From Lama guanicoe (taxonomy: Eukaryota): a stretch of DNA of 64,000 nucleotides. A program made the position numbers and the translations under genes. The first letter of the stretch is position 1, and each line of letters starts with the position of its first letter. Below the pieces are notes generated by a model that searched no databases, was not told the DNA's origin, and was given only the letters and a program-made list of their open reading frames with translations. Shown here piece by piece: positions 11,964 to 25,529 of this stretch. Where the stretch lies: the NCBI GenBank assembly GCA_013239625.1, contig MU053594.1, positions 2,794,127-2,858,126 of the forward strand. The letters are read 5' to 3'.

Positions 11964-12472
11964 CGTCGCAGAGGCTGCTGGTTGCTTCCACAATATCTGT
12001 GCTCCTTCTCTTTACTATGAGAACCCCAGTCTTGCTTATGATGCCAAATGCTCAACTGAAGCACCTGCCCTCTTAGAGTCTCTTACAGTCAGAGGAGACC
12101 ACGAGAACAGTTCTCGCCTATGACACACGAAGAGAGGTCTCAGAGAGATTTCTGGGTGAGTTTCTGCCTCCCTGATGAAGGTGTCACCCTTTCCTTCCTA
12201 CTTCCTTCTTTCCTCTTCCTGAAACGGACATGAGGCTGGAGATAGAACGGCCACCTAGTGTTCATGACTTAACAAGCATAAAAGAGAAAACCATGTGCTA
12301 AGAAAGGCAGAGCAGAAAGTTCCAGGGACCTGGGACACTGGCACCATCCTACAGTCTCTACATCTGCCCAGTGCTGCCTCCCTTAGAACACACCCAGGAA
12401 AAGAAATCCCATTTGGTTAAGCCATGGCAGTTCGAATTCTTTGACATGCAGCCAGACTCAATGCTAACTTAT
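11964..12472 (+). mobile_element. MaLR solo LTR (MLT1J-like) inserted in a MIR
   Basis: Start CGTCGCAGAGGCTGCTGGTTGC...CAATATC...AGAACCCC; end GTTAAGCCA...ACATGCAGCC...CTAACT; MIR flanks rejoin as TGTGTGC / GCCAGGCATGGTGCTAA. Confidence 0.7.
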
Positions 12473-12585
12473 CGCCAGGCATGGTGCTAAACATTCAGAC
12501 GCACTGTTTATTCGAATCCTCAAAACAATTCTATTAAGTAGGTAATACAAATTCTCATTTTAGAGATGACAGCACTGAGACTTAT
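12473..12585 (-). mobile_element. MIR (continuation)
   Basis: AATCCTCAAAACAATTCTATTAAGTAGGTA...CATTTTAGAGATGACAGCACTGAGAC. Confidence 0.7.
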
Positions 12586-12739
12586 ACACAAAACTGTGTC
12601 CCATAATAAGAAAAAAAAGAAAAATCTAAATTCTGTGAGCAATGGCATAGAAAATCCAGACATCTCATGAGTTGCGTGCAAGTAGAAAAAATAAATAATT
12701 CAAAAGGAAAATGGATAATAATAATCATCTCACTTATCT

Positions 12740-13030
12740 AACAAACTCTTACTCATCTTTAAGACCCAGGTGAAGTGCCAGTTCCTTGGTGAAATCTTCT
12801 CAGACCCCCTTAGGTCTGAGTGTCAAAACCTGGCAGTCCTCTCTCCTCACACGGCCCTGTAGTGACATTTATTGTATTTTATAATAATGGCGGTGCTTAT
12901 ATGTCTGTCTCAACCAGTCTGTGAGCTCTTTAAGGGTAGTAACCAGGTCCTATTCACTGAGAGCTTTCTAGGGGTAAACATGGTGCCTGGAATAAAGGGT
13001 GAGGTACATGGTTTTGAACTGACTTGAATT
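12740..13030 (+). mobile_element. L2 3' fragment
   Basis: TCTTACTCATCTTTAAGACCCAG...CTGTGAGCTCTTTAAGGGTAG...GTGCCTGGAATA. Confidence 0.65.
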
Positions 13031-14904
13031 AGCAGTGTCCTCATGGGTAGCATTATTATTTTTTTAATCTGATATTTTCTGACTTTCAGACTGAGATCCA
13101 CAGCAAACGGTAGGGTGCTGTGATGCAGCTCTTAAAAAAAATGAGAACAAATGACAGATACAGGAAATTAAGTATTAGGAGAAATTATGGGAGAAATAAA
13201 TCGCAGTAAACTAAAAATTGCAATAATGCAAATTAGGGGCTTCCCTGGATTTAGCTAAAGAGACAACATCTGCAGAATTTCCAGCACAGTGAGCAGCATC
13301 TGCCTTGGTTTGGTCTAATTGTTAAATGCCTGTGAACTTTTTTAGCGGCTGCCCTCATTAAGACCAGTGTCCTGAATGCATTTTTGCCTTTTCTTATTAT
13401 TATTTTTGGGGGGCAAGGTCTACAAAAATAAATATTTGAAAACTTCAGTTTATGACAGGTATCCAAGGGTAGATCAGGGATCATGCTGACCTGGTAGGAA
13501 AATATATGTGCTGTTCACTGGAGAACTACAAAGACACAAATAACAAGATGCCAGTCAGTCAGCAGTGCTCCTGGACACAAGGCAAGTGGGGTGCTGCCCT
13601 TGGCTCCACATGTACAGGCTGCTATTCTGACCTCCTCCATTCGCTCCTCTCCCCCAGGCAAAAACATCCACAGAGCAAGAGGTCCTGTCCACCCAGAGCC
13701 TGGGTCCCCACTTCTGGATTATGCCTCTGGAATTATCTACACAGGTGACATCAGTTCTCCTTCTGGGACCAACTGCAGTCTCTTTGCTGGATCAGCTCTC
13801 CTGAGACCAGACTGGGCTAGGCTCAAAGGATGGACAAGCAGTGACTACTAATGTGTGGAAGGTGAACAAAGCTTAAACACGTGGGCAAGATGTCCCACAC
13901 CTGCTCCTGAAGTCCCTTACTGAGTGGCCTGAGGCAGGGAGGCAGATAAGCCACAGACCAGTGCTCTTTCTCCAAACTGCCACATTCTAGGGCAGAACCC
14001 AGGCTGACTAACAACTGTGAACTCAGACTTGTCCTTCCAAGTACTTAGCGGGTACTTTTGTCAAAGTAGGAAGATGGAGCATCTTTTATTTAATAGCTTG
14101 TTATCCTGATTTATAACTTAAAAAGTAAGGCATTTTTTAGTAACTAGACCTCCATTTATACTCCTGCCCCAAGTACTACTCATATTAGGAGTCAGTAAAG
14201 ACAGAAGTCAGTAAGTAAAACAGAGAGAAGAAGATAACACCTAAAAGACTAACAGATTTAAAGCTTTTCCCCTCCAAATTCACAATAAATGTGACCTCTG
14301 AGATAAGAAGGATCTCAGAGCCTGCCTAAGAGCCCGTGACATAAGACATATGCTCATTAAACATCAGTGGAATAAGTTATTAAGGAAAAAACATGTGTAT
14401 TGCATGTTCAGTTTGATAGCTAACACCCTCTGCATGACATAATTCGGGGTATCTATAGGGAAGCTCATGGTGATCCGCACCACCTCCCATCCCATCTCAG
14501 CTCCTCTGTATCCCCCCCATGCTGTTGATGGGACCACTATTCTCTTGATCTCCCGGGCTGGGCTTGGCATCCTAGCAGCATCTTTGACCTCTCCCCTCAT
14601 TCTGTCTCATGCTCAGCCAATCAGCAGCCAACATCATGACCTCCCAGTCCCTGTCCAGGCACGCAGTTCCCACAGCAGTCTCGGTAAACTTCTCCCCATT
14701 ATAGGGAAGCCAGCGAATTTTTCTTCCCTATCACATGTGACAACAATCTCTTATTTTCGCTTTCCTGTGGCACCTAACACAGGGCTTCACATCCAGCTGG
14801 CACCAAGGAAAGCTTGTTAATTCATTGAATGAATTTTGGATGCAGCAGGACCATTTTTAAACAACTTTTATGTTTCTAAAATCCAACGTGAATACTTCAT
14901 GTTA

Positions 14905-15145
14905 CGAGAATGAGTTTTAGACTCAGGCTGGCTGTTTTCAAATCCCCACTCTGCCCCCTTCTTGTCTTTTTGTACAAATCAGCCTCAGTCTCGTCTGGAA
15001 AATGGAAATAATGATGACTCTTACCCCTGGGTTACTATGAGAATCCACTGAGTTTATATGTTCAACGTAAAAATAATTAGTTCGTATGTAAGACGTAAAA
15101 AGTGCTCAGAACAGTGTCTGGTACATAATAAGCATCTGATAGTTG
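14905..15145 (+). mobile_element. MIR
   Basis: CAAATCCCACTCTGCC...GCCTCAGTCTCGTCTGGAAAATGGAAATAATGA...AGTGCTCAGAACAGTGTCTGGTACATA. Confidence 0.7.
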
Positions 15146-15162
15146 AGTTCTTTTTAAAAAAA

Positions 15163-15388
15163 TTTTTTTATTGAAATGTAGTTGATTTACAATGTTAGTT
15201 TCAGGTGTACAGCAAGGTGACTCAGTTATACATATACATACAGATAAATGTTTTCTTTTCAGATTATTTTCCATTATATGCTATTACAAGAAATTGAATA
15301 TAGTTCCCTGTGCTATACAGTAGGTCCTTGTTGTATATCTATTTTACATATAGTCGTGTGTGTCTATTAATCCCCAACCCCTAATTTT
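15163..15388 (-). mobile_element. L1 3' UTR fragment (cetartiodactyl/camelid type)
   Basis: TTGAAATGTAGTTGATTTACAATGTT...TTGAATATAGTTCCCTGTGCTATACAGTAGGTCC, the reverse complement of L1 3' UTRs elsewhere in the window. Confidence 0.9.
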
Positions 15389-15986
15389 AGCTCTTTTAAA
15401 TTTTTTTCTTTGATCTTCTCAACAGACTTACTTGGTGGCACTGTTGTCTCCAATTTATACAGAAGGAAACTTGTGCTTGGAAGGACTCAGCAGTGTGGCC
15501 AGATAGAGTCAGCACAGCACAGCTGAAATTTGAACAGGGATCAGCCCACTCCTGTCCCAGAGCTACAGACCCCTCCCTCTGCTGTTGCAGCCCACAGGGA
15601 AGCCACTAGCACCCTGGGATTCAGGGTGACAGTAACAACAGTCCAGACACCAGACAGGGGCAAACACATCAGCCCACATGACCCTGTGGTTTTGCTCTCT
15701 GAGAATAGGGAAGCACGGGTGGGGTAATTCCTTAAATCACACAGCCCTTTTGATTCAGGCTTGGGAATGAACGTGGACTGAATATTTGCTTCCCACAAGC
15801 CTTCGGCTCTGCCCCACCACTTCCTCTGGCACGAGAAACACACTGTGCCTGGAGTGTCTGGATCTGGTTGCACAACACAGCATCTCAGGCTATATAAAGA
15901 ACCACGTGGCAGCCACAGGAAAAGAAACTTGAGGTTTTGCAATGCTAACAGGACAGCTTGATATTTAATCATTTAAGAAGCATGGG

Positions 15987-16658
15987 TATATGAACCAGCA
16001 ACCCCACTCCTGGGCATATATCCAGAGGGAACTGTAATTTGAAAATATATATGCACCCAATGTTTTCATAGAAGCACTATTTACAATAGCCAAGACATGG
16101 AAACAACTCAAATGTCCATTGACAGATAACTGGACACAGAAACTGTGTTATATTTATACAATGGAATACTACTCAGCCATAAAAAGGAATAGAATAATTC
16201 CATTTGCAGCAACATGGATGGACCTGGAGATCATCATTCTAAGTGAAGTAAGCCAGAAAGAGAAAGAAAAATACCATATGATATCTGACAGAAGACTGAA
16301 AGACTGAAAAAGACTGAAAACAAAAGACAAATGAACTTATTTACAAAACAGAAACAGACTCAAAGACATAGAAAACAAACTTATGGTTAGCAGGGTGGGT
16401 AGTGGGAGGAAGGGGTAAATTGGGAGTTGGAGATTTGCAGATACTAACTACTATAAACAAAATAGATAAACAACAAGTTTATACTGTATAGCACAGGGAA
16501 TTATATTCAATATCTTGTAGTAACCTATAATGAAGAAGAATATGAAAATGAAAATATGTATGTATATACATGACTGAACTATTATGCTATACACCAAAAA
16601 TTGACACAACATTGTAAACTGACTACAAAAAGAAAAAAAAAAGAAAAAGGAAAAAAAA
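15987..16658 (+). mobile_element. 5'-truncated L1 3' end with TSD
   Basis: ORF2 C-terminus (YTMEYYSAIK, FAATWMDLE), poly(A); TSD AAGAAGCATGGG 15975-15986 / AAGAACCATGAG 16659-16670 at a TT/AAGA site. Confidence 0.95.
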
Positions 16659-17518
16659 AAGAACCATGAGGCTAGGTAAAAAATCTAGTAGGCACTCAAT
16701 AAATACCAGGGAGTTTGCCTATGTGATAGAACACTCCTGAATTTGACCAATACCCACAGCATTGCTTTTAAACACCACCTCTGTTCCCCTGCCATCTTCA
16801 TCCCCACCCACGGCAAATTGAGCTCTTAATCAAAGAGCCTGAGACAGTGAAGAAGCCGTTTTTATCTTTTTTGTTTTGTTTTTTTGTGTGTGTATTTTTA
16901 TCTTAATGTGAGGTTTTTAAGTTCTCCAGATCTGAGGGATCTGACATACTAAGTTTCTTTGTGGTAAGACATTGTTTTAAAGAACATGTACACTGCATAC
17001 CCCACGGCAAGGAAACATCCTAGGATACGACAGGAATAATTCCTTATGTCAGTTAAAAGCAAAAATGAATAAGCCAGAGAAGAAAGCCCGTTCTGCAGAA
17101 TATGTGCAAGTTACTCATAGGCTTGATGAGGTGTCCTTTCCTAGATTATTTTAAAATCTTAATTTCATGTCAGGCACATTAAAGTTACAATTTTGCTGTA
17201 ATCTTTAACTGAGAAATTATTTTTCAAATATCTTCACTAAACTATTAAATTCTCTCATGTGTGGATACTTTGCTAAATCCAATTTAGCAAATTTTTAAAG
17301 GTTAGGGCTTCAGAGATAGGCTATTGTTTAAGTAATAGGAACCAAAATCTAATTTATTGAATCCAAATTTTAAAAATAAGGGTTAACTAGAAAATTTGAC
17401 TTAATTTTTCTAAAGTTAAAGAAAATAACTGGAAAAACTTTTTTTCTGAATTGTATACTTCAGTGAATTATGCAAATGACAGCAAAACATGGTGATATAA
17501 GACATTTGTTTTTCAAAA

Positions 17519-17780
17519 CAGGATTTTTCAAACTATAGGTCATAGTCCATTGATAGGTCATGAAATCAATTTAGCAGGTCACAGACAGCATTCTTTCTTA
17601 AAAAGGAACTAGAATAGAACAGGATAAAAACAATCAGAATGCATTACAGCTGGTAAGTATTGTTCTGCAAAATTTTTCTTTCAACTGTTTACGTAGATAT
17701 GTGTGTTTATTGGTAATGGGCTGTAATACAAAATGTATTCTTGACTGTGGGTTGCTGTAAAAGTGTTTGAAATCTCCTAG
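17519..17780. mobile_element. hAT-Charlie-type non-autonomous element
   Basis: Degenerate TIRs CAGGATTTTTCAAACT...GTTTGAAATCTCCT; internal GGTCATGAAATCAATTTAG and GGTAAGTATTGTT; subfamily uncertain. Confidence 0.6.
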
Positions 17781-18669
17781 AGCCTGTCCCGGAATTAACG
17801 CATCTCCTGCCCGTTCCCCCGTCCTGTGTACGTCCACAGTTTAGTACAGTCGATAAGTATTTCTTCACGCCTGCATGTGAATTGACATTCTTGCTCATGA
17901 TTCGAATTATCTCAAGATTCATTTAAGTTCACCATCTTATAGTGAATTTTAACATAGATCAAAATAAAAAGGGTATTCAAGTTAATTCTCAGGTAAGCAA
18001 AAACTTAACTAGAAAACACCATTGTTCAAACATACTGGTTGTTATTTATAATAACCCTTTGGAAACACAAAGCTGAAAACTACTTCCTTAGCTTTTTTTC
18101 CCCCATCCTGTGCACACACTGATAAGTCATTGCAGGGCAAGGAGTGTTTGGGGGAGGATGTGAGTTAGCATAGAATTTTTCATTCAAGGGAAAAAAATCT
18201 GTTTGTTTTGAGAAGAAATGTCACATAAAAATTAAACAGATTCAAAACGTTTAAGCAGTGTATGCTTTCTGAAACTTGACAATGTCTCTTTTGGCATAAT
18301 TTCCCAGTCTATTTAAATACCATGAACTTTTACCATTGTTTAGAAAATTATTTTCAAGTAATTCCACCTAAGTTACACAGATTCACCATCATGAACTTTT
18401 TAAAAAATTTCTTTAGCCTATAGCTTACAGCAGCACCAAAACTCACTGACACTGTAAGATTCTGCATTTGTGGGGAAAGATTTCAATTTAAAAAATTAGC
18501 TGTGTAAATTAGATGACTAAAACTTTAATTTTGAGAATTATAAATTATTTTTTGGGTGCCCCAAGTACCTTAATGAAATATCTCACACAAAGTAAGCTTT
18601 CAGCAAATGTTGATTAAATGGTATGTTTGGAAAATTAATAGTCAAGAAATAACATTAAAAACCCACTAA

Positions 18670-18880
18670 AGCATATTAAGCACTTGCTGTGGGCCAGGAG
18701 CTGGGTTAAGCACTTAACATGTGTTATCTCATCTAATCTTCATAAATCATGGAGGTAGATACTAGCATTATGCCCATTATACAGATGAAATAACTCAAGG
18801 TCTCACAGCTGGTAAGTGGCAGAATGAGATCTGGGATTTGAAACAGGAAATGAAATTCAACACTGGCTTTAAATTCTAAC
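18670..18880 (-). mobile_element. MIR
   Basis: TTATCTCATCTAATCTTCA...CCCATTATACAGATGAA...CAAGGTCTCACAGCTGGTAAGTGGCAGA...GGGATTTGAA. Confidence 0.8.
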
Positions 18881-19044
18881 AGTCTTAGGTGAACTCCTTT
18901 GAGATGCTTTGCGCTTATAAAAGAGCCTTCCCACCCCACCCCCAGGACCAGAACTTTTCCCCTATCCCTTTTTTGAATCTTGAGAAATTGAATTATGTAT
19001 TTGAGAGAGAGACTTGTGTCTTATTTAAAGGAATAATTTTGTTT

Positions 19045-19743
19045 GTGTAGAGGTGGGAGGATGAGCTGTGAGACTTGGAGAGGGGTTCTCAAGCTAAGAC
19101 GTCGATCTGCTCAAAGCAATCTCCCTCCCTCATGCTCATAACACCTTGACACTTAAGTGTTCAGAATCTGTTAGTCATTCCTCTTCTCCTGGAAACCTGC
19201 AGACCCTCAGTGCTGCCAAGAGAGGAAGAGCCAGGCTGTTCTCTGCAAAGTACTGGCTGCTAGTTGACTCAAGGGTAGGTGGGCTGGACCAGTAACTCAC
19301 TAGGTGGATTAATTCACAGAGCCTCACCTGGGGTAGTAATGGTTAAGCTAAACCCGCCAAGCTAAGCTCCTGCAGGATTTGACCTGCAAAGAACGGAGAA
19401 GAGAGTGGAGAAGAATGTGGAGAGAAGCTGAGACCAAAGAGCCGTAACTGTAATTGTAATTGTAATTGTAATTGTAATTGTAATTGTAATTGTAATTGTA
19501 ATTGTAATTTTAAGAGCTGGTTTTCTGTTCCACCTCCAGTCCATGCGCTTATCCATGTTTAATTTAAAACAAATTTTTTTAATACTTTTTTTCCCTTAAG
19601 GGATTTACTAAGTTTCTTCTCCTAACCAATCCACTGAAATTCTCACTGTGGCTACGAAACACGGAATTAAAACCATAAACACTACCCCAAGTGTATCTAT
19701 TAACAATGATCTCATATTAACTGTGTCACCCAAACTTTGTCAA
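19045..19743 (+). mobile_element. Possible ancient Gypsy-type solo LTR (MamGypLTR1-like)
   Basis: 3' end AATTAAAACC...TGATCTCATATTAACTG...TGTCA resembles a recalled MamGypLTR1 end; 5' boundary uncertain. Confidence 0.35.
19444..19509. repeat. (GTAATT)10 hexanucleotide microsatellite plus one variant unit
   Basis: Directly visible: GTAACT followed by ten GTAATT units at 19450-19509. Confidence 0.97.
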
Positions 19744-21329
19744 AGGTTGAGAGAGGCCTGTGTTTTTTCCAGAGGTTCCTGGTATATATAAAAAATGTCA
19801 AAACACTTTTGGGCAAGTTGCAGAAAAGTTAACGCTTCCCAGTGGACTTTTTCTTCCTCAGGCTTGTCAGTGGCTCTCTGTGACCATACAAACCCCATCC
19901 AGAGATCACAGCAAAACTCAGGACTTGGGGCTCTGAGTGAACAGGAAGCCAAATAATCTTTTGGCTTCCCACTCTGCTAGACCTCTCTGGCATTATTTTA
20001 GGAAGGAGAGGTCAGAGCCAGTACTGGAGGGAAGGGAACACAAGATGGACATGCATGGCACAGGGGCATCTGGTTCCAGGTCTGGGTGCAGGAGACCTTC
20101 AGCCGTGGCTAAGCACAAGCACTGGACATCCGTGAGAAAGACAAGGTTAGGAAGGACAAAGAAATGCCTAGTAAAAGCTGTTTGCCTGCAACAGGAAGCA
20201 GGGAAAGTGAAACTGATCCTTCACATTTTTGTCCGGTACTCATAGCACAAATATACACCTTTGCCTTGGGTTTCAGTCTCCTGACACTAAATCTCAGAAC
20301 TCAGATCTTATAACATCAACATCATACTTTACAAACAACTTTCATTCACACACGATCATACTTAATTCTTACAACCGGCAAAGTGGGATAATATTGCTAT
20401 CAACTCCATTTTACAGACGGTGAAACAGAGGCCCCCACTATTAACTTTGGACAGCACAGGTTTGAGCCAACTTCACATCCTGGGATCTTTTCCATGATGC
20501 CACTCTGGACCCAGGAGGTTGAAAAGCCTCCCCGAGACGTCATCACTTCTGCCTTTGCCTATCTGAGACCAAGACAAGAAAAAAAATGGAGATCTCATTT
20601 CTCTGGACATAGAACCTTAATTCAATGTAGATGGATATTTCTGCTGCAGGCATTTAACATCCAGGACCTTTTAAGGACTTGCCCTCAGAAGACTCCATCC
20701 CTTCTTAGTGCCTGACTATATATATCGACTCTTATTTTGACATGAAAGATGAATATTTCACTTAGATAGGATGATTGAAAAGAGTAACGCACTATCTTGG
20801 TTGCCCTACTTTAAAAGTGAATTTTTTATGCTTTCTTTAGGTTAAAAATAGCTTGATTTTGCAGCTAAAGCTTGATGCAGCACATCCAATATAGAAAGTG
20901 CATGGGATTAGGTCCCTGGAACTGAATTCTCTCACTTTCTCCAGTCTGGTATTTTCTTTCTGAATCTCTACCCAACTGCAGAAATTCTGGATACAAAACA
21001 AATAAACGCATCTTGTGCTCATTTTTTTTTTTGGAATGTCCATAAAAGTATGTGGGATTTTTTTTTCAAAAAGAACAACAACTAGCATATATTTATAAAT
21101 TTAAGGTTTATAAAACATTTTTAAAATACCCAGAAAGTATTACTTCCTTTCTAATTGTTGATACTCAGAATTAGAAAGTTTGAAAAACTTGCCCAAAGTT
21201 ATTGGCAGATTTGGGATCAGAACCCAGAATAGTGTCTGTCCAATATTCATGCTGATTTCTGCATCGGTAGGAAATCCAGACAGGATAACTTATTAACAAA
21301 CAAGCAACAAAACCCTATTCATTTATTAA

Positions 21330-21530
21330 TCCATTAATTCATTCATTCAACAAATATTTTGAGTCCTTGCTATATGCTCTTTTCTAGGAACTGGGGTATG
21401 GCATTGATAAAATAGAATCTCATTTTCCAGTTGTAGATACAGATAATTATCCAGGGGTTTGTGTGTGTGTTTGTGTGTGTGTGTGTGTGCATAATGCTAA
21501 ACAGTGATAAATATCAAGGAGAAAAATTAG
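21330..21530 (-). mobile_element. L2 3' end containing a (TG)n tract
   Basis: ATTCATTCATTCAACAAATATTTTGAG L2 tail; TG run at ~21460-21489. Confidence 0.7.
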
Positions 21531-21629
21531 GCGTGTATATAAGAGGGACAAATTCTTATTCATGTGCACCGGGAGAATAAAAGGCTGCTCATGTCTGCTT
21601 TGATTTTATGGTTTTAATGTTTGTTTTCA

Positions 21630-22280
21630 TGAAAATAGATACTGTGTAGCATATTCACAGAATGAAATACTATACAATAGCAAAAATGAGTGATCTATCC
21701 CTAAGCTACAATATTTATATCATAATTAATATATAATTTTATATTATAATTTACATGCAATTATATATGAATATAATTATATGCAAATATAAAATACATT
21801 ACCCTAAATCATGTAACTATCATATAAATTATGAGATATATTAATATTTAAATATGTAATTAATATATAACATTGTGATTAATATTGTAAGCTAGTAATA
21901 CTAATATATTAAAATTTTAATTTTAATAATAAAAATATAGTATTAAATGGGTAAAACAGGAAGTTTCACACTACACACAGTATGATGTCATTTTTATAAA
22001 ACGAATAAACAAGCAAAAATGAACATTTTGTTCAGGGCAGGCATACATATGTGGTAAAGCGATTTTTGAAAGTTAAAAACACAAACTCTAATGAGAAAGC
22101 AGAGGGTTGAATCAGAGAAAAACATACAAGGCTGTTCCCATTATGAATTATGTTGAGAATGTTCTAGCACTTAGGATATATGGTGGATTTGTAGATGTTT
22201 ATTTTTATTATTATGCTTTAAAATTTATGTATATGTTATATATATTACATATCTATCAAAATTTATATAATAATTGATTA
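21630..22280 (+). mobile_element. Ancient L1 (L1ME-like) 3' end with an AT-rich low-complexity insert at ~21710-21950
   Basis: ATATTCACAGAATGAAATACTATACAATAG; CAGTATGATGTCATTTTTATAAAA; GCATACATATGTGGTAAA. Confidence 0.6.
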
Positions 22281-22639
22281 TGAAAAATAGCCTTCCTGGT
22301 ACAGGAAGAATACTGAGAATTACATCATTCTTGACAATTTCAGATTGTTCATATCACCAGGTAGCATTTTATGTTTGAGTAGCAGAGGTCCAAGGATATT
22401 TGTACAGTACATTGAAATTCACAAAGGTCTTCCCCATTAATCGTCTTTTAAAAATCTTGTACAGTCGTAATTATTGTCCCTACCTTACAAGTGAGTAAAC
22501 CAAGAGAGAGCTTAAGTAATTTATTTAGTTTCACATAGCTCATCAATGGTAGAGGTGTCTTAATGGTATGACATTAGTCTTCTTGTAACCATTAAGAAGT
22601 ATAAGGTTTTCTTGTTGAATAAATGACCAAATGAATCCT

Positions 22640-22815
22640 AGAATGATACAGCTGGAAGCAGCTTAGAGATAAGCCTTTCCAATCTCTTCATTTCACAGAT
22701 GAAGAAACTAAGACCGACATGTATTAGGGATTTGCCCAGCATCACATAGCTAGTTTAAATGGAAGAAAGGATCGTTGACTCATGTCTTCTGACTCCAAGT
22801 TAAGCCATTTTTCAT
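22640..22815 (-). mobile_element. MIR-family SINE (MIR3/MIRc-like)
   Basis: TCATTTCACAGATGAAGAAACTAAGACC...ATTTGCCCAGCATCACATAGCTAGT...CTTCTGACTCCAA. Confidence 0.7.
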
Positions 22816-25529
22816 TCTATCAGACCATTTTTAAGCAGATAAATATTATTACTTTGCAGCCAGTTGGCTATAAGAGAACCTAAAACTTGAACTGTGAGGG
22901 GTGCGCAAGTGTTGTTGTTCTGATGAATGCTAGAGAACTGTGACACACAACTGAAGTGCTGTGACAAGGAGCCTCCTGGATTCACCAGCATTCTCCCTTG
23001 TAAGTCCACTTATCCCAAATACACCATGAGTTTTTTGAGTGCCAGGATGTCTGAGAGTCCATGGCAATGGGGATTCGGTAAATGAGTTGCTGGCATATTT
23101 TGAAGGTGTGCTTTCCAGATGAGAGGGTGGGGAATAGACAAATATCTGCATAGGAAATTGCTTTAAATTAACCAGATTATTGGTACATGGTAGCCAGTAT
23201 GTTTTCCCACAAACTTTGCCATTTTCCCATAAGTCCTGTGTTTTGTATTTTGTGAAGCAATAATTATTTTAGTTTGGAAAGAACACACACACACATGCAC
23301 ACACACACATACCCCACCCAAGAATGAGAGAGCAAGACTTAATCTCAAAAGCTGGTATGTGACTAGTGCTCTGGATGCCAGTAATGCCAGAACAGAAAAA
23401 AAAGAGAAATAAAGTTTTGTTTGGGGTTTTAAAGATTCTTTCTTTCTCATCAAGAACTTTTTAAGCTGAATTCATAGATACCCACAGCAATAAACCTAAT
23501 GCCAATTTCGCAGATATTGAAGTCTATGGCAGCATCTTTCTCTTGGTTTTGGCTCTTTTCATAATTACACTGCATTATTATTAGAGAGATCTTTGATCTA
23601 TTCCATGTCCTCTAAGCAAGATAGTTGAGAGTAAATTGTAACATTAAATCCAGCACACATGGTTTGAATTAGAAGCCGTAGGAAGATTTTATCCCCAATA
23701 TAAAGTCATTTGTAGGAAAAATATTCCAAGTACTGTATGTGTAAATTACTAACAAATGCATTCCCAGTGAATCTTTGTCACTCTTTTGGTTCAGCGAAAC
23801 AGCAGGAAAAAAATATATTGCCAATAGAAATATTTTTGTAACTTTATTTTTATTCACTTTGAGATATATCTCAGAGTACAAGTTTTTGAGAAGACCTCCA
23901 GCAAAACAAGGGCTATATGTATATGATAGATGTTAACAATTATTTTATGCTTTGATTTTGCACATAAGAGGGTAAAACCCATATATTGGAGAGTTGGCAT
24001 TGATATTTCTCAAAGAAAAAAATAAAAAATAAAAAGCCAAGTGGTTATCCAATATTACTCTTAGGAAGTTTTCTGGCCTGAGGGTTTAAAAATATTTTTA
24101 TTTGTATAAAAGTACAAAGTAAGATCAATTTTGTTTCCCTTTCATTAAATAGCAGTAGGCAATTTGTCTGCATCGCATTTAAGAGATACTTGCCTTCTTG
24201 CTTTTGGCAACATATGAAATTGTCTTGAAAAAGATTGCAATGGCTAGGAAAGACGACATCTTTTCACATTTGCATCATATGTTGGATTCTAGAATTGACT
24301 CAGAATTGATTTTTGACTCTCTAAAAAGCAATCTTCAGTGCCAGCACAGAGTGGAGGACTGAAAAAGTATCCAGTAATTTGAACTCCAAATAGTTTGCTC
24401 GGGTAATCCAAGAAGACACTTCATTTACTCACTCTTCCATTCATTCACCCCGCAAATGTACCCTGAGACTCGCCAACGCCAGGCAAGTGATATCAGCCTC
24501 AGAGACACAGTGAGAACAAGATGGGCACAGCCCTGCCCTCTGGGTGTTAAATGTTTCTCTTAGGACTTTCGCTCTTCCCAGTCATAAGAACATCATGTTC
24601 TGTTCAAGGATAGGGAAAAGGCAAGCGAGAAAGCCAGCCAAAAAAAAAAAAAGATAATAATAGTAACAGTTCTGTAAGGCGTGCTTGTGCTTTACGTTCT
24701 AAAATCACTTCCATAATTACATTACTAATTAAATAAGCCTGAAAGTTTATTGCTTCTAAATCAGGAGACTTCAAAGTCAATAAAGCTTTTTATTAAATGA
24801 TTGTACTAAGTACAGTCACCATTAGCATCAGTTCAGGTTTCCAAGGAGAGCCTTACTGAGTATTTTCTTGTAGACAGAATCCTTCCTACTGGGGAAGCTG
24901 CCTGCAAGGCAAGGCATGGGAAGCCGAGCAGAGCATCTAACCTGCTTTTCTTGATTCAGAATATACGTATCACTTAAGGAAGACTGCCATACAGCGCAAG
25001 ATCGAGGCAACCTATGTAACGTTTCTCTTTTATCACTAAGCTGTAATTGATGGTAAATTGTAGTTTATCTCTTTTCAATTCAATCCCGGTCTTCCCTTTT
25101 GCAAAGAGAAAATGCTGGCCTTAACTTTTCCTTATGAAGTCCAAAAAAATCCTGTTTGTACCACCCCCTGGAGTCTGGAATCCAAGGGCTGCTGCTCCCT
25201 TTGTGAGGCTGGCTCTGACCGCCCACACGAAAGAAGCTTACTAGTGACTGCCAACTGTGTCTCCAGTCCCTGTCCTCATCGTGATTTCTTCCAGCCTGGT
25301 AATTAGCCTGTGTCTTTCTGCTTCCAACGGCAGAAACATGAAAAGAAAATTTCCCTGTGCCTTGAAAGCCTCATTTAGAAAATGGGATTAATGCAGATTC
25401 CTACTGCACCATGTGTGGCTCCCCTAAACATAGTAAGTACTGGTGAACTAGAAAAGTCTTATGTACTCGGAGTAAAAGGTTGGCTTACACCTCTCCAATA
25501 ACTTTTTTTTCAGGGGGATATTTCTCTAT

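Noticed and set aside
15890..15910. TATA-like TATATAAAG followed by E-box CACGTG as a promoter
   Set aside because: No CpG island or downstream exon structure, and it is immediately followed by an L1 fragment.
17269..17291. Perfect 10-bp inverted repeat TTTGCTAAAT-cca-ATTTAGCAAA
   Set aside because: Short, AT-rich and isolated, with no supporting context.
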